Positions 53,047-62,930 of a DNA stretch of 64,000 bases are shown piece by piece. Below the pieces are notes generated by a model. That model saw only the letters and a program-made list of their open reading frames with translations. It was not told the DNA's origin and made no database searches. Source of the stretch: Candidatus Moraniibacteriota bacterium (lineage in GTDB: Bacteria > Patescibacteriota > Minisyncoccia > Moranbacterales > UBA1568); the NCBI GenBank assembly GCA_016699385.1, contig CP064974.1:954617-1018616 (forward strand), given 5' to 3'. The position numbers and the translations under genes were made by a program. Position 1 is the stretch's first letter; each line of letters starts with the position of its first letter.

Positions 53047-53412
53047 CTAGCGTGCGCCGAGGATGACGCGGTCATCGGTCTCGGATTCGAGATATGCAAC
53101 CTTTCCGGCATCGAGTATATCTTCCTCGATCCGAGAGGCTATCTCAAAGGCACCTTCGATACCGTCGCTTCGGTATTCCTTTCCGAGGAATGCTACCGTT
53201 GCGCCAGACACGAGTGCCCGCACAAGTTTCATGGAAAGCTCTTGGCTCTCCCAGAGGTTTCGTTCGTCATCCGTTGCGTCGGAATAATCCGTCGTCCACG
53301 GGTAGCGATAGCCAGCGACTCCACACAGGATATCCTGCGGGGTCACGAGCCCAAACGGCGCCTCCACTACCTGTCCGGAATAGGGTCCGGCAAGCAAAGA
53401 AACTCGCACCAT
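53047..53412 (-). CDS. Nucleoside 2-deoxyribosyltransferase-like protein
   Basis: The N-terminal VSLLAGPYSG (family IYLAGPFF) and the later GAFEIASR (family GTAFEIG, containing the catalytic Glu) match the NDT fold signature. Confidence 0.45.
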   Translation of the reverse strand: MVRVSLLAGPYSGQVVEAPFGLVTPQDILCGVAGYRYPWTTDYSDATDDERNLWESQELSMKLVRALVSGATVAFLGKEYRSDGIEGAFEIASRIEEDILDAGKVAYLESETDDRVILGAR

Positions 53413-53567
53413 AGGTGTCTCTTAATTATTAAGCTGCTCAGAGGAATTCCTCGAGGTATCCTCTGAAGCGAACAGTATACCCCTCTCAGGCACTTTGTCA
53501 AGGGTTGTAAACGTGGATTTCTCCAAACGCTTTATTCTGGTCTTCTGAGCTTCCCAATGAAGGGGTT

Positions 53568-56222
53568 ATGCGATATGCTTTCGGTATGAAAGAGACAACA
53601 CCAACACTGGTTATTCTCGATGGAAATGCGCTTATACATCGCGCATACCATGCACTCCCGCCGCTCACGTCGAAGTCGGGGGAATTGGTAAATTCTGTTT
53701 ATGGTGTTGCACTGACATTACTCTCCGTTTTGGAGAAGTTTCATCCGGAATATATTGCGGCGTCATTCGATCTTGCTGGGCCGACATTTCGGCATGAGAA
53801 ATTCGCTGACTACAAAGCGACGCGCGTCAAAGCGCCGGATGAACTCTATGCGCAAATTCCTCGCGTGAAGGAGTTAATGCGTGCGTTCAATATTCCGATA
53901 TATGAAAAAGAAGGCTTCGAAGCAGACGATTGCGTAGGGACACTTGCGCAACAGGCAACACAGCAAGATGTTGCGCTTCGGACTATCATTGTGACGGGTG
54001 ATAATGATGCATTGCAATTGGTTTCCGATTGCGTGAATGTTTTTGCCCTTCGCAAGGGCGTGAAGGATACCGTGCTCTATGATGAGGCGGGCGTTGTTGC
54101 GAAGTACGGCTTCTCACCAAGGACACTCATCGAGTTCAAAGGGCTTCGTGGAGACACATCGGACAATATTCCCGGTGTGCGAGGTATCGGAGAAAAAGGC
54201 GCGACGGAGCTTTTGAAAAAGTATGGAACACTTGATGTGATTTATGAACACCTCGACGAGATCTCGCCTTCCGTGCGAGCCAAGCTTGAATCAGGTCGCG
54301 AGTCAGCATTTCTCTCTCGTGAGTTGGGAACCATTGATACGAATGCGCCGGTCACACTTGATCTCGAGGCGTGTCGGGTGCGGGATTTTGATCGAAAGGT
54401 GGTCGAAACATTTTTCCGGGAATTGGGATTTTTCAGTCTTGTCAAAAAAATTCCTGGAAACGGAACGGGTTCTTCGGAAGAGGATGTTGATACAAAAAAC
54501 GCTTTTGGAAAAATTCTCACAAAACAAAAAGAACGTGAGCTCTTCTTTGAGCAATGCGCTTCGGCAGACCGAATTACGTTCCTGATTCTTCCTGAGAAAG
54601 GGACTCTTTTTCAGACATCTGCCTTTGCGTGTGATATTACTTTTGCAAAGAAAGGCGAGCGAGGAAGCGCGCGCGTCGTCTTCGACGCGGAGAGCCGGAA
54701 ATTTTTCAAAGGATTTTTTGAAAGCGTCATTCCAAAGACGACGTATGATGCGAAAGCGGCGATGAAAATTTTGGAGACGGTCGGCATCGAACTTCGGAAT
54801 GTTGATTTCGACTGTCTCCTTGCAGGATATCTCTTGAACGCCGGCGGAACAGTGTCTCTCTCGGCACTTGCGATTGAGTATGCCGGAGATGCTGGATCAA
54901 CGGAGAATGAAGGCTCGTCTGCGCTTGTTCAGACTCTCCGAGAGAAGCTCCTGGAAAAACTCCAAGAAATAGCGAGAGAGCAAAAGAAGGGGAAAACAAT
55001 TCTCGATATTTTTTCGCAGGTCGAAATGCCACTTATTGTGATTCTCCGCAAGATGGAACGCGCCGGAATTCAATTGAACGGTTCTATTCTCACGACACTC
55101 TCGAAAGAGATGGAAAAGGAAGTTGGGAATATTCAGAAAGAGATCTTCACGCTTGCTGGACGGGAATTCAATGTAGGATCACCCAAGCAACTCTCGGAGA
55201 TGCTTTTCGTTGAGCTCAAAATCCCGACAACAAATCTCAAGCGAACCAAGACGAATATTTCGACGGCTTCGTCCGAACTTGAGAAACTCAAAGACGAGTA
55301 TCCGATTGTGGCGCTTGTTGAACAATATCGCGAGCGGACCAAATTGAAGAATACTTATCTCGATGTCTTGCCACGACTTGTTGATTCCGAAAGTCGTTTG
55401 CATACAACATTCGGACAAGCGACTGCAGCAACAGGTCGGCTTTCATCGACGGAACCAAATCTTCAGAATATTCCGATTCGGAGTGAATGGGGGCAGCGGA
55501 TTCGGAGTGCCTTTGTCGCTTCTTCAGGAAGGCTGCTTGTCGGCGCGGACTATTCGCAGATTGAGCTTCGCGTTGCAGCGCACCTCTCAAATGATGCGGA
55601 AATGTGCGCGGCATTTCGGCGTGGCGAAGATATTCATCGGCGCACAGCGTCACTGGTCTATGGGGTGTCGCCCGAAAGTGTGACGGACGATATGCGACGC
55701 AAGGCAAAGGCTTTCAATTTCGGCATTATCTATGGCATGGGAGCATATGGGCTTTCGCAGTCGGCAGGGATGACACGGGAAGAAGCGGGAAAATTTATCG
55801 AGGAATATCTCGAACACTTTTCTGGCATTCGTGCTTTTATGGAATCGATGAAGAAATTTGCGATGAAGAAAGGATATGTTGAGACCGAGCTCGGGCGACG
55901 GCGATTCTTGCCAGAAATGGCGAGTGATAATAGGCAGATTGTTGCTTCGGCGGAGCGCATGGCGATTAACATGCCTGTGCAAGGACTCGAGGCAGACATT
56001 GTGAAGCTTGCCATGATTGCGGTTGATAAATTTATTCAAGAGCGATTCAGGGGGAAGTCGACACTTCTTCTCCAGATTCACGACGAACTCATTTTCGAAG
56101 TCGAAGAATCTGTTGCACCGGTGTTTGCACACGAAGTGAAAGAAGTGATGGAGTCTGTCTACGCACTGAGCGTTCCGCTTATTGCTGACGTGTCGGTGGG
56201 AAAAAACTGGGGAGAGATATAG
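53568..56222 (+). CDS. polA: DNA polymerase I (5'-3' exonuclease plus polymerase domains)
   Basis: N-terminal LVILDGNALIHRAYHAL (FEN/5'-exo). Polymerase motifs RRKAKAFNFGIIYGMGAYGLS (motif B), QIHDELIFEV (motif C) and DYSQIELRV (motif A). An alternative start at 53586. Confidence 0.9.
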   Translation: MRYAFGMKETTPTLVILDGNALIHRAYHALPPLTSKSGELVNSVYGVALTLLSVLEKFHPEYIAASFDLAGPTFRHEKFADYKATRVKAPDELYAQIPRVKELMRAFNIPIYEKEGFEADDCVGTLAQQATQQDVALRTIIVTGDNDALQLVSDCVNVFALRKGVKDTVLYDEAGVVAKYGFSPRTLIEFKGLRGDTSDNIPGVRGIGEKGATELLKKYGTLDVIYEHLDEISPSVRAKLESGRESAFLSRELGTIDTNAPVTLDLEACRVRDFDRKVVETFFRELGFFSLVKKIPGNGTGSSEEDVDTKNAFGKILTKQKERELFFEQCASADRITFLILPEKGTLFQTSAFACDITFAKKGERGSARVVFDAESRKFFKGFFESVIPKTTYDAKAAMKILETVGIELRNVDFDCLLAGYLLNAGGTVSLSALAIEYAGDAGSTENEGSSALVQTLREKLLEKLQEIAREQKKGKTILDIFSQVEMPLIVILRKMERAGIQLNGSILTTLSKEMEKEVGNIQKEIFTLAGREFNVGSPKQLSEMLFVELKIPTTNLKRTKTNISTASSELEKLKDEYPIVALVEQYRERTKLKNTYLDVLPRLVDSESRLHTTFGQATAATGRLSSTEPNLQNIPIRSEWGQRIRSAFVASSGRLLVGADYSQIELRVAAHLSNDAEMCAAFRRGEDIHRRTASLVYGVSPESVTDDMRRKAKAFNFGIIYGMGAYGLSQSAGMTREEAGKFIEEYLEHFSGIRAFMESMKKFAMKKGYVETELGRRRFLPEMASDNRQIVASAERMAINMPVQGLEADIVKLAMIAVDKFIQERFRGKSTLLLQIHDELIFEVEESVAPVFAHEVKEVMESVYALSVPLIADVSVGKNWGEI

Positions 56223-56256
56223 TGTTAGGAAAAATTGAGAACGAAGTGTTTCTTGT

Positions 56257-56475
56257 ATGAAGATTTTTGTGGAAGCAAAGACGAATGTGAAAAAAGAATA
56301 CATCGAGCAATTCGAGGATACACATTTTCGTGTCGGTGTGAAAGTAGTGCCGGAGAAGGGAAAGGCGAATGAGAGAATCATAAAAATGCTTGCGGAGTCT
56401 TTTGATGTTGCGCCGTCGAGAATTATTCTTTGCTCAGGGAGTTCTTCAAAGAGAAAGGTTTTTGAAATTTCATAG
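56257..56475 (+). CDS. DUF167 (YggU) family protein
   Basis: KANERIIKMLAESFDVAPSRIILCSGSSSKRKVFEI matches the DUF167 C-terminal signature. Confidence 0.7.
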   Translation: MKIFVEAKTNVKKEYIEQFEDTHFRVGVKVVPEKGKANERIIKMLAESFDVAPSRIILCSGSSSKRKVFEIS

Positions 56476-56600
56476 AGACATAAATTTTACGTCTCTATGG
56501 ATGAAAATTTACCCTATGCACTTCCCCGTGCACTCTCAGTTTTTTCTCCTCCTGTTTTGTGATAAAGTGGGAAAAGGTAATTTCTTTTGAATAACTTCCT

Positions 56601-57782
56601 ATGTCTACAGGAAAAAAAGTCGGCATATTTCTTTCAGTTGTTGTGATTGTGCTTGGTGTTGCGTATCTCTTTAAATTTTGGCCGTTTACTGCGCGAGAGC
56701 CTCGGCAGGCGATTGAGATTGATAATGAAACGGGGAAGTCTATGGCGCCGGAGCCGATGAAAAATACCGGACCGGTGAGTCCGATTACCGGTGTTGCTTG
56801 CGAACACTGGGATCGTCGACCAGTTGCGGTGATGCAGCCAGCAGATGTATCGGCACGCCCTGCGGCAGGATTTTCTGCGGCAGACATGGTGTTTGAAATG
56901 CCTGTTTTCACAGGAGCAAATACACGGCTTATGGGGGTGTACCTTTGCGATATTCCGGATGATATCGGCTCTATGCGAAGTGCTCGGCATGACTATTTGC
57001 CCCTTGCGAAAAGCCTTGATGCAATTTTTGTTCACTGGGGATATTCCAAGTTTGCAGAGACGCTTCTTTCCCAGAAGGTGATAGACAATATTAATTGTCT
57101 TACGACATCATTTTGTCCGCGCTGGCCACAGACGGGTATTATGAAATATGAAGACACGGGGCATATCACCAGAAGCGCTATTGAGCAGGCAATTGAAAAA
57201 TATGGCTATCGAACGACAGGAACATTTTCAGGCTATCTGCATCAAGAAGATGCTCCTCTTGACAGTCGTCCGACAGGCGGGCATCTGCGCCTCGCCTTTC
57301 CCAATCCATACGACGTTTCCTACGACTATGATCGTTCGACAAACACATACCTTCGCACGTGGGATAAATCACCAGATACGGACAAGAATAATGGCACGCG
57401 TATCGCTCCCAAAAACATCGCGGTCTTGATTGCTGAGTCCGAGCAAATCAAACTCGCGACCGATTATAGCGCACGCGGCGTTCAGAATCCGTGGGATTTG
57501 GTTCCGAAAGATGAACAAGCGGGATTGGACTATGGCGGCGTTGGTCGATACAACAATATCAACATGGGTGATCCGTGGTTTGATACGAAAGATAGTGGTG
57601 ATGCGTTCTACTATTTCAACGGTAAAGAGTACAAAGGTACGTGGAAAAAAGACAAGAAAAGTTTGGAGAGCAAACTTACTTTCCTCGATGAATCTGGCAA
57701 AGAGATACTCTTTGTTCCTGGGCAGATATGGGTGGATGTGATGGAACCTGGACAGGGAATTAAATGGGAACCGGGAGTGTAG
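56601..57782 (+). CDS. DUF3048 (YerB-like) membrane-anchored protein
   Basis: N-terminal TM. RRPVAVMQPADVSARPAAGFSAADMVFEMPVFTGANTRLMGVY and the C-terminal GQIWVDVM are typical of the DUF3048 N- and C-domains. Confidence 0.65.
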   Translation: MSTGKKVGIFLSVVVIVLGVAYLFKFWPFTAREPRQAIEIDNETGKSMAPEPMKNTGPVSPITGVACEHWDRRPVAVMQPADVSARPAAGFSAADMVFEMPVFTGANTRLMGVYLCDIPDDIGSMRSARHDYLPLAKSLDAIFVHWGYSKFAETLLSQKVIDNINCLTTSFCPRWPQTGIMKYEDTGHITRSAIEQAIEKYGYRTTGTFSGYLHQEDAPLDSRPTGGHLRLAFPNPYDVSYDYDRSTNTYLRTWDKSPDTDKNNGTRIAPKNIAVLIAESEQIKLATDYSARGVQNPWDLVPKDEQAGLDYGGVGRYNNINMGDPWFDTKDSGDAFYYFNGKEYKGTWKKDKKSLESKLTFLDESGKEILFVPGQIWVDVMEPGQGIKWEPGV

Positions 57783-57942
57783 AAGAGGAACTTGGTTGGT
57801 TTCGTCATTCCCGTGACTGTCTGTCAGTAGGCGTGGAAGGCGGGAATCCGGTCTTCACGAGCTTCCGATAAACATGCAACAAATTGAGTTTATAGCGTGA
57901 TGGTTTTTGGTTCTGTGATAACGAGTTCCTGTTTTCGCAGGA

Positions 57943-58959
57943 ATGATGTACTGTATGATTCTCTTCTTCTTTGGTGAGGATGCGTTTCGGTTGAGGGAGA
58001 AACGCCTTGCTCTGAAACAGACATTTTTTGAAAAAAACCCGGGTTCGACGGGTTTTTTCGAATTCGATTTTTCGGACGGGACGGATACGGCGGCGCTTGC
58101 AGCATGTCTTTCGCAGGCAGGGCTTTTTGCGGTGAAAAAATTTGTAATTGCTGGCAATGTTTTTGACGCGCCTATAGATACGCGGCGCTCGCTCGCTGAA
58201 TTCCTCGAAGAGAACGTAAAGGAACTTTCTGCCGATGAAAACAGAATTTTACTTCTCTTTCACAATGGACAGCCGAAGAAAAACGAGAAGCTCTGGAAGG
58301 CGGTTTCTGTAAAAGAGGTAAAATCTCAGGAGTTTACTTCTCTCAGTGGGGCGGCACTTTTCAAGTGGATAGACGAATCGGTGAAGAAGTTTGGTTCGAC
58401 CGATATGGAACTTCCGGCGAAGAAACTTCTTTCGGAAATCTGCCTGAGCGAAGCAAAGCGGGCAGGCGAAAAGAGACAGGTTGATATGTTCCGTCTTGAG
58501 GCAGAACTGAAGAAACTCGCCGCGTATCGTGTCGGCGAGACGATTCGCGAAGAAGATATTCGACAGCTCTCTTCTATTCCTGCGAGTGAGGAGAATGTTT
58601 TCCAGGCGCTTGATAATCTCTTTTCTGGCAGACGAAAAGAAGCGGCGTTGCTCTTTGCGCATCTCGCGAACGGAGGCGAGGCACTCGGACTTCTTGGTAT
58701 GTGTGCGTGGCAACTTAGAAACATTATTCGCGTGAAGGGTGCGCTTATGGATGGACAGATTCGAAGTTCGATGGAAGCGGCAAAGCTTCTCGGTATGCAT
58801 CCCTTTGCCGCTGGAAAGTGCTTCGAGATCGCTTCACGATCTTCTTTTGACTCACTCGAGCAATCTTTCTCTCTCCTCACTCGCCTCGACCGCGAAGCAA
58901 AGTCCGGCGAACGCGATCCAGAGGGAGCACTCCTAGGGTTTGTGGTCGGACGAGGGTGA
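57943..58959 (+). CDS. holA: DNA polymerase III delta subunit
   Basis: ILFFFGEDAFRLREKRLALK N-terminus, length ~330 aa, helical C-terminal domain. Sits in a replication-gene neighbourhood. Confidence 0.65.
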   Translation: MMYCMILFFFGEDAFRLREKRLALKQTFFEKNPGSTGFFEFDFSDGTDTAALAACLSQAGLFAVKKFVIAGNVFDAPIDTRRSLAEFLEENVKELSADENRILLLFHNGQPKKNEKLWKAVSVKEVKSQEFTSLSGAALFKWIDESVKKFGSTDMELPAKKLLSEICLSEAKRAGEKRQVDMFRLEAELKKLAAYRVGETIREEDIRQLSSIPASEENVFQALDNLFSGRRKEAALLFAHLANGGEALGLLGMCAWQLRNIIRVKGALMDGQIRSSMEAAKLLGMHPFAAGKCFEIASRSSFDSLEQSFSLLTRLDREAKSGERDPEGALLGFVVGRG

Positions 58960-59159
58960 TAAGCCTTTTTTTCACCGTTACGAATCCCGGTGTGGCATGA
59001 CAGCTCTTTGGTAAGATTTTCAGTAGAGCCTATCTCAAAAATAATCTTTGCCTTACTTTTTGTAAATTTTGACGGAAAACCATTTAAAACTCGTCGAAAT
59101 ATCAATGATATTCCTCCTTATTTTTCACAATTTTCCATTACCCTTGTAAAAAGATAACT

Positions 59160-60329
59160 ATGATGAAAGAAACCATTCAAAAGTTCTTTTCCGTTTTGAA
59201 TAGCCGAATGATATACCGCGTGCAGACGGCGCACGTATTGCGATCAGTAGCACTTTCGTTCGTGAGCGTGTATGTGCCGGCATTTCTGTTGACGCACGGG
59301 TATTCATTGCGCGGGACGATTCTGTTCTTCATTGTGTTTCATGGTGTCGGACTTGTTGCTGTGTTTGCGCTTGTGGTGCCAATGCTTCGAAAGTGGGGAA
59401 TGGTGACGACTATTCGATGGTACTACCCGCTTCAGATGTTGTTTCTTGGGATTTTGCTTTTGGGAAATGGTAGAGATTTCTCCATATGGGCGGCAGCTGC
59501 AATTGGTGGCATTGCCAATATGATGTACTATGTACCACTTAATGTGCTCTTCATGCAGCACACGGATCGAGAAACGATAGCCAAAGATTTCTCAATGTTT
59601 TTTGCACTCCCGACGATTTTTGGTCTCGTAGGACCGATTTTGGGAGCAATCCTTGTTGTTTCAGTAGGGTTTGGGGCAACATTTGCAGTTGCATTCCTTG
59701 GGCTTCTTATTTCATCTCTCCCTCTTCAATCGCTTGAAAGTGACGAACGAATAGACCTTCGCTTTTCTGAAGTATTCTCGATGTTTCGGCGACGAAAGCT
59801 CCTTTTCTTTCTCGAAGGGTTCGACAATATCGTGGAAGAATCGGAATGGTTATGGGGCATTATTGTCTTTCTTCTCATCGGCTCGCTCGCGACACCCGGC
59901 ATTGTTGGTTCTCTTGAATCTTTAGGGGGCGCTGTCTTTACGATTCTTGTAGGAAGATACGTGAACAAGCAGAAGAGTACACTTTCTATCCTTTTTGTGA
60001 GTATTACCCTCCTTGCAATTGTATGGTGCGCGCGGTTCTTTATAGCTACACCGCTCCCCGCATACCTTATTACGGTTGTATCGTCATTTACCATGACACT
60101 TTTCTTGGTGTCTTATTTCGCGATGATTTATCGTAAAGTGAAAGGGGATCAGGATGCGGAGTTTATTATCCTGCGGGAAATCCCGACGGTATTTGGGCGG
60201 ATGATTGTTTTTGGCATCGCGATTCTGGTTGCCTCCGATATTGAGAAGTTCTTTTATGTCCCGATTGTGGCGATGGCGATTGTTCTGGTTGCAGTGGTAA
60301 CCATGAGAAAATATCTCGTTAGCACATAG
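59160..60329 (+). CDS. MFS-type transporter-like polytopic membrane protein (about 12 TM)
   Basis: Twelve hydrophobic segments in a 6+6 arrangement with a central charged loop (SLESDERIDLRFSEVFSMFRRRK). Confidence 0.55.
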   Translation: MMKETIQKFFSVLNSRMIYRVQTAHVLRSVALSFVSVYVPAFLLTHGYSLRGTILFFIVFHGVGLVAVFALVVPMLRKWGMVTTIRWYYPLQMLFLGILLLGNGRDFSIWAAAAIGGIANMMYYVPLNVLFMQHTDRETIAKDFSMFFALPTIFGLVGPILGAILVVSVGFGATFAVAFLGLLISSLPLQSLESDERIDLRFSEVFSMFRRRKLLFFLEGFDNIVEESEWLWGIIVFLLIGSLATPGIVGSLESLGGAVFTILVGRYVNKQKSTLSILFVSITLLAIVWCARFFIATPLPAYLITVVSSFTMTLFLVSYFAMIYRKVKGDQDAEFIILREIPTVFGRMIVFGIAILVASDIEKFFYVPIVAMAIVLVAVVTMRKYLVST

Positions 60330-60351
60330 GATATTATTTTTCTCTTCAAAT

Positions 60352-60385
60352 AAAAATCCCCGACCAGTTGGCTGGGGATTTTTCT
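60352..60385 (+). terminator. Rho-independent terminator after the transporter gene
   Basis: AAAAATCCCC-GACCAGTTGGCT-GGGGATTTTT followed by a T-run. Confidence 0.65.
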
Positions 60386-60615
60386 TGTTGTTCACATTTT
60401 TAGCTGCAGTACCACCGGATGCTTTTTGGCGAGAGTGAGTATCAGTTCGCAGAATAAGAAATTAGTCCAACCAAATCATGGTCGCGTGAATTTTTTTGTA
60501 CGACTGTTGTTGAAGGAATTGTAAACAGGGTCTTGGAACAATATATAAACCCGCTAATGATAATCATCGGCGGGTTCTGAGTGAGATTCAACCCCTATTA
60601 TTTTTTTAGAGGGGA

Positions 60616-60798
60616 CTATCTCGCGTTTTGTAGGAGTTTCCCATCCAGAGTAAGTGGGATGTCTCCAAGCCACCGAGAACATTTTCTGCAAGTTGCTCGG
60701 AGAAATTCAAGCAACTTTCCTGTTTCTGTTGGGAACTGCTTGCGGGAAATGCAAGGAGTAGCATTTGTGCTACAAAATGGGCAAGTATGAACTGTCAT
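60616..60798 (-). CDS. Small zinc-ribbon protein (60 aa) downstream of rpsT
   Basis: Perfect SD AAGGAGG 7 nt before the ATG. CPFC...C and CRKC form a CxxC...CxxC zinc ribbon. Followed by a minus-strand terminator at ~60551..60585 (AACCCGCC-[14 nt]-GCGGGTT-TATATATT). Confidence 0.5.
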   Translation of the reverse strand: MTVHTCPFCSTNATPCISRKQFPTETGKLLEFLRATCRKCSRWLGDIPLTLDGKLLQNAR

Positions 60799-60853
60799 GG
60801 GAAGTCCTCCTTAGGATGGTTTCTGAGAGACTTTTTTTGAAATGTGCTTCGAA

Positions 60854-61126
60854 CTATTTCTCCAATACCGCTTTCTTCACGAGGGCGTTGAGGCGCGACT
60901 TCTTACGGGCGGCGGTGTTTTTTTTGATAATATTTTTCTCAGCCGCTTTGTCGAGGCTCTTGATAGCGAGTTTAAGTTCCGCCTGTGCGGTCTTTACATC
61001 CTTTGCTATCACTGCTTCACGAGTTTTCTTGATGGCGCTTTTGAAGACACCTTTTACGATCTTGTTTCGATCGGTCTTCTTGGCAGTGACGCGCATGTAT
61101 TTCTTGGCGGAGTCTTTGATCGGCAT
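60854..61126 (-). CDS. rpsT: 30S ribosomal protein S20
   Basis: MPIKDSAKKYMRVTAKKTDRNKIVKGVFKSAIKKTREAV...KNTAARKKSRL. S20 consensus, 90 aa. Confidence 0.9.
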   Translation of the reverse strand: MPIKDSAKKYMRVTAKKTDRNKIVKGVFKSAIKKTREAVIAKDVKTAQAELKLAIKSLDKAAEKNIIKKNTAARKKSRLNALVKKAVLEK

Positions 61127-61248
61127 ACACTTTCAAAAATAAATTAGCCTCTCATGTCGCATGAGATGTCTCTCTCTTGTACCATGCGGATTGTTTTTTG
61201 GCAAGAGGCGGGATTTTGTGGTAGAGTGAGGGCACTTTTTGAATGACT

Positions 61249-61821
61249 ATGATTGCATTACTTGAGGGTCCAATTGCCGCTATACGTCATGATTCTGCCA
61301 TTGTGTTGGCAGGTGGCGTGGGATATAAAGTGCATCTTACGCCCTATACGCTAGGGAAAATTGCAGGGTCATCGTCTGCGCGTTTTCATATATTTACCAA
61401 TGTCCGGGAGGATGCAATTACACTCTATGGTTTCTTGGATGAAGGGGAATTGGTGATGTTTGAGTTGCTCATATCAGTAAACGGAGTCGGACCAAAGATG
61501 GCGCTTGGCATTCTCTCGGTTGCAGAACCGGCGTCGATTCGGGCAGCGGTTGTCGGGAAAGACATTTCTATCTTAACGAGGATTTCCGGCGTAGGGAAGC
61601 GTACTGCAGAACGAATACTGCTTGACCTTGAGAACAAGGTAGGTGCATTGACCGAAGAGGGTCTCAAGGGAGCGACGGAGGAGAGTGAGTTGATTGAGGC
61701 ATTGAGCTCTATGGGATATGCGCCGGGAGAGGTGCGTGAAGCGATGAAGATGATTGCTCCGGAAACAACTCGTGTCGAGGAAAAGATAGGAGCGCTTCTT
61801 AAGGTTCTTGGAAAGAAGTGA
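61249..61821 (+). CDS. ruvA: Holliday junction DNA helicase subunit RuvA
   Basis: MIALLEGPIAAI...GGVGYKVHLTPYTL...VREDAITLYGFLDEGELVMFELLISVNGVGPKMALGILS...GVGKRTAERI (HhH motifs), plus a C-terminal domain III. Confidence 0.9.
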   Translation: MIALLEGPIAAIRHDSAIVLAGGVGYKVHLTPYTLGKIAGSSSARFHIFTNVREDAITLYGFLDEGELVMFELLISVNGVGPKMALGILSVAEPASIRAAVVGKDISILTRISGVGKRTAERILLDLENKVGALTEEGLKGATEESELIEALSSMGYAPGEVREAMKMIAPETTRVEEKIGALLKVLGKK

Positions 61822-61867
61822 TGATTATTTATTGCGTGAAGTAAGAAGTTGATATTGAGATTGTTGT

Positions 61868-62878
61868 ATGCATGAATTCGAGTGTATCTCGTGGCTCAAT
61901 AGGCATTGTCCCGATGGAGGATTCCTTCAGTCGGAAATGTGGCGCGCATTCAAAAATCGAGAAGGTTTCTCGACGGAGCATTTTGAAGGCGGTGGGCTGT
62001 GGGGGAATGCAATAGAACACACGCTTCCATTTGCGGGGAAATATTGGTATATGCCACGTGGACCGGTTTTGGCAGGCACTTCGTCTGCGACGCAGAGCCC
62101 AGAATGGGCACATATTCTTGCGGAGGCAAAAGAGCGCGGAGTGGCATGGATACGGGTAGAGCCAAGGAATAATGCGGAACTCGCAATGCTTCAGGAATGG
62201 TCGAGGGCGTATGCTGTCAAAAAGGCGCCACATGATATGCAGCCGAGAGAAATTCTTGCTGTAGATATTTCTGAAAGCGAGGAGAAATTTTTTGCAAACA
62301 TGAAACCAAAGACGCGGTATAATATTCGTCTCGCTGAGAAACGCGGGGTTGAAATCTCTTCCGATCGGAATGAGCGGACGCTTAATGAATTTCTTCGTAT
62401 GAATCGAGAGACAGCCGTTCGGAATCACATCTCAACACATCCCGACCGGCATTACCAACATCTCCTCGAATCATTTCCACACGAGACGCTCGAACTTTTC
62501 ACGGCGCGATATGACGGGCAGACGCTTGCGGCGATACTCGTCGCATTCTTCGGCGATACGGCGACCTATTTGCATGGCGCCTCGAGTGACGATGACCGCG
62601 GTCTCATGGCACCCTATCTCCTGCAGTCACATGCGATAGAAACAGCGCGACGTCGCAATGGTGTTCGATATGATTTTGGTGGAATTGATACGACTGGGGA
62701 AGTGCCGAGTCTCTCAGGCATCACGCGATTCAAGCAGGGATTTGCAAAAAATGTCAATGCTATTCAGTATCCAGGGAGTTATGATATAGTGCTTATACCA
62801 AGCCGATATGTACTCTACAAGAGTATAAGCATGTCAAAGGCAGCTGTCATAAAAGCGAAAAGACACTTGACAAAATAA
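61868..62878 (+). CDS. FemAB-family peptidoglycan interpeptide-bridge aminoacyltransferase
   Basis: KTRYNIRLAEKRGVEI, TATYLHGASSDDDRGLMAPYLLQSHAIETARRRNGVRYDFGGI (FemAB/FemX GNAT-like core). Confidence 0.75.
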   Translation: MHEFECISWLNRHCPDGGFLQSEMWRAFKNREGFSTEHFEGGGLWGNAIEHTLPFAGKYWYMPRGPVLAGTSSATQSPEWAHILAEAKERGVAWIRVEPRNNAELAMLQEWSRAYAVKKAPHDMQPREILAVDISESEEKFFANMKPKTRYNIRLAEKRGVEISSDRNERTLNEFLRMNRETAVRNHISTHPDRHYQHLLESFPHETLELFTARYDGQTLAAILVAFFGDTATYLHGASSDDDRGLMAPYLLQSHAIETARRRNGVRYDFGGIDTTGEVPSLSGITRFKQGFAKNVNAIQYPGSYDIVLIPSRYVLYKSISMSKAAVIKAKRHLTK

Positions 62879-62930
62879 TAATTTCTTGCGATAATTACGC
62901 GTCTGAATGGAGGCAGACAGCTTTAACTTT

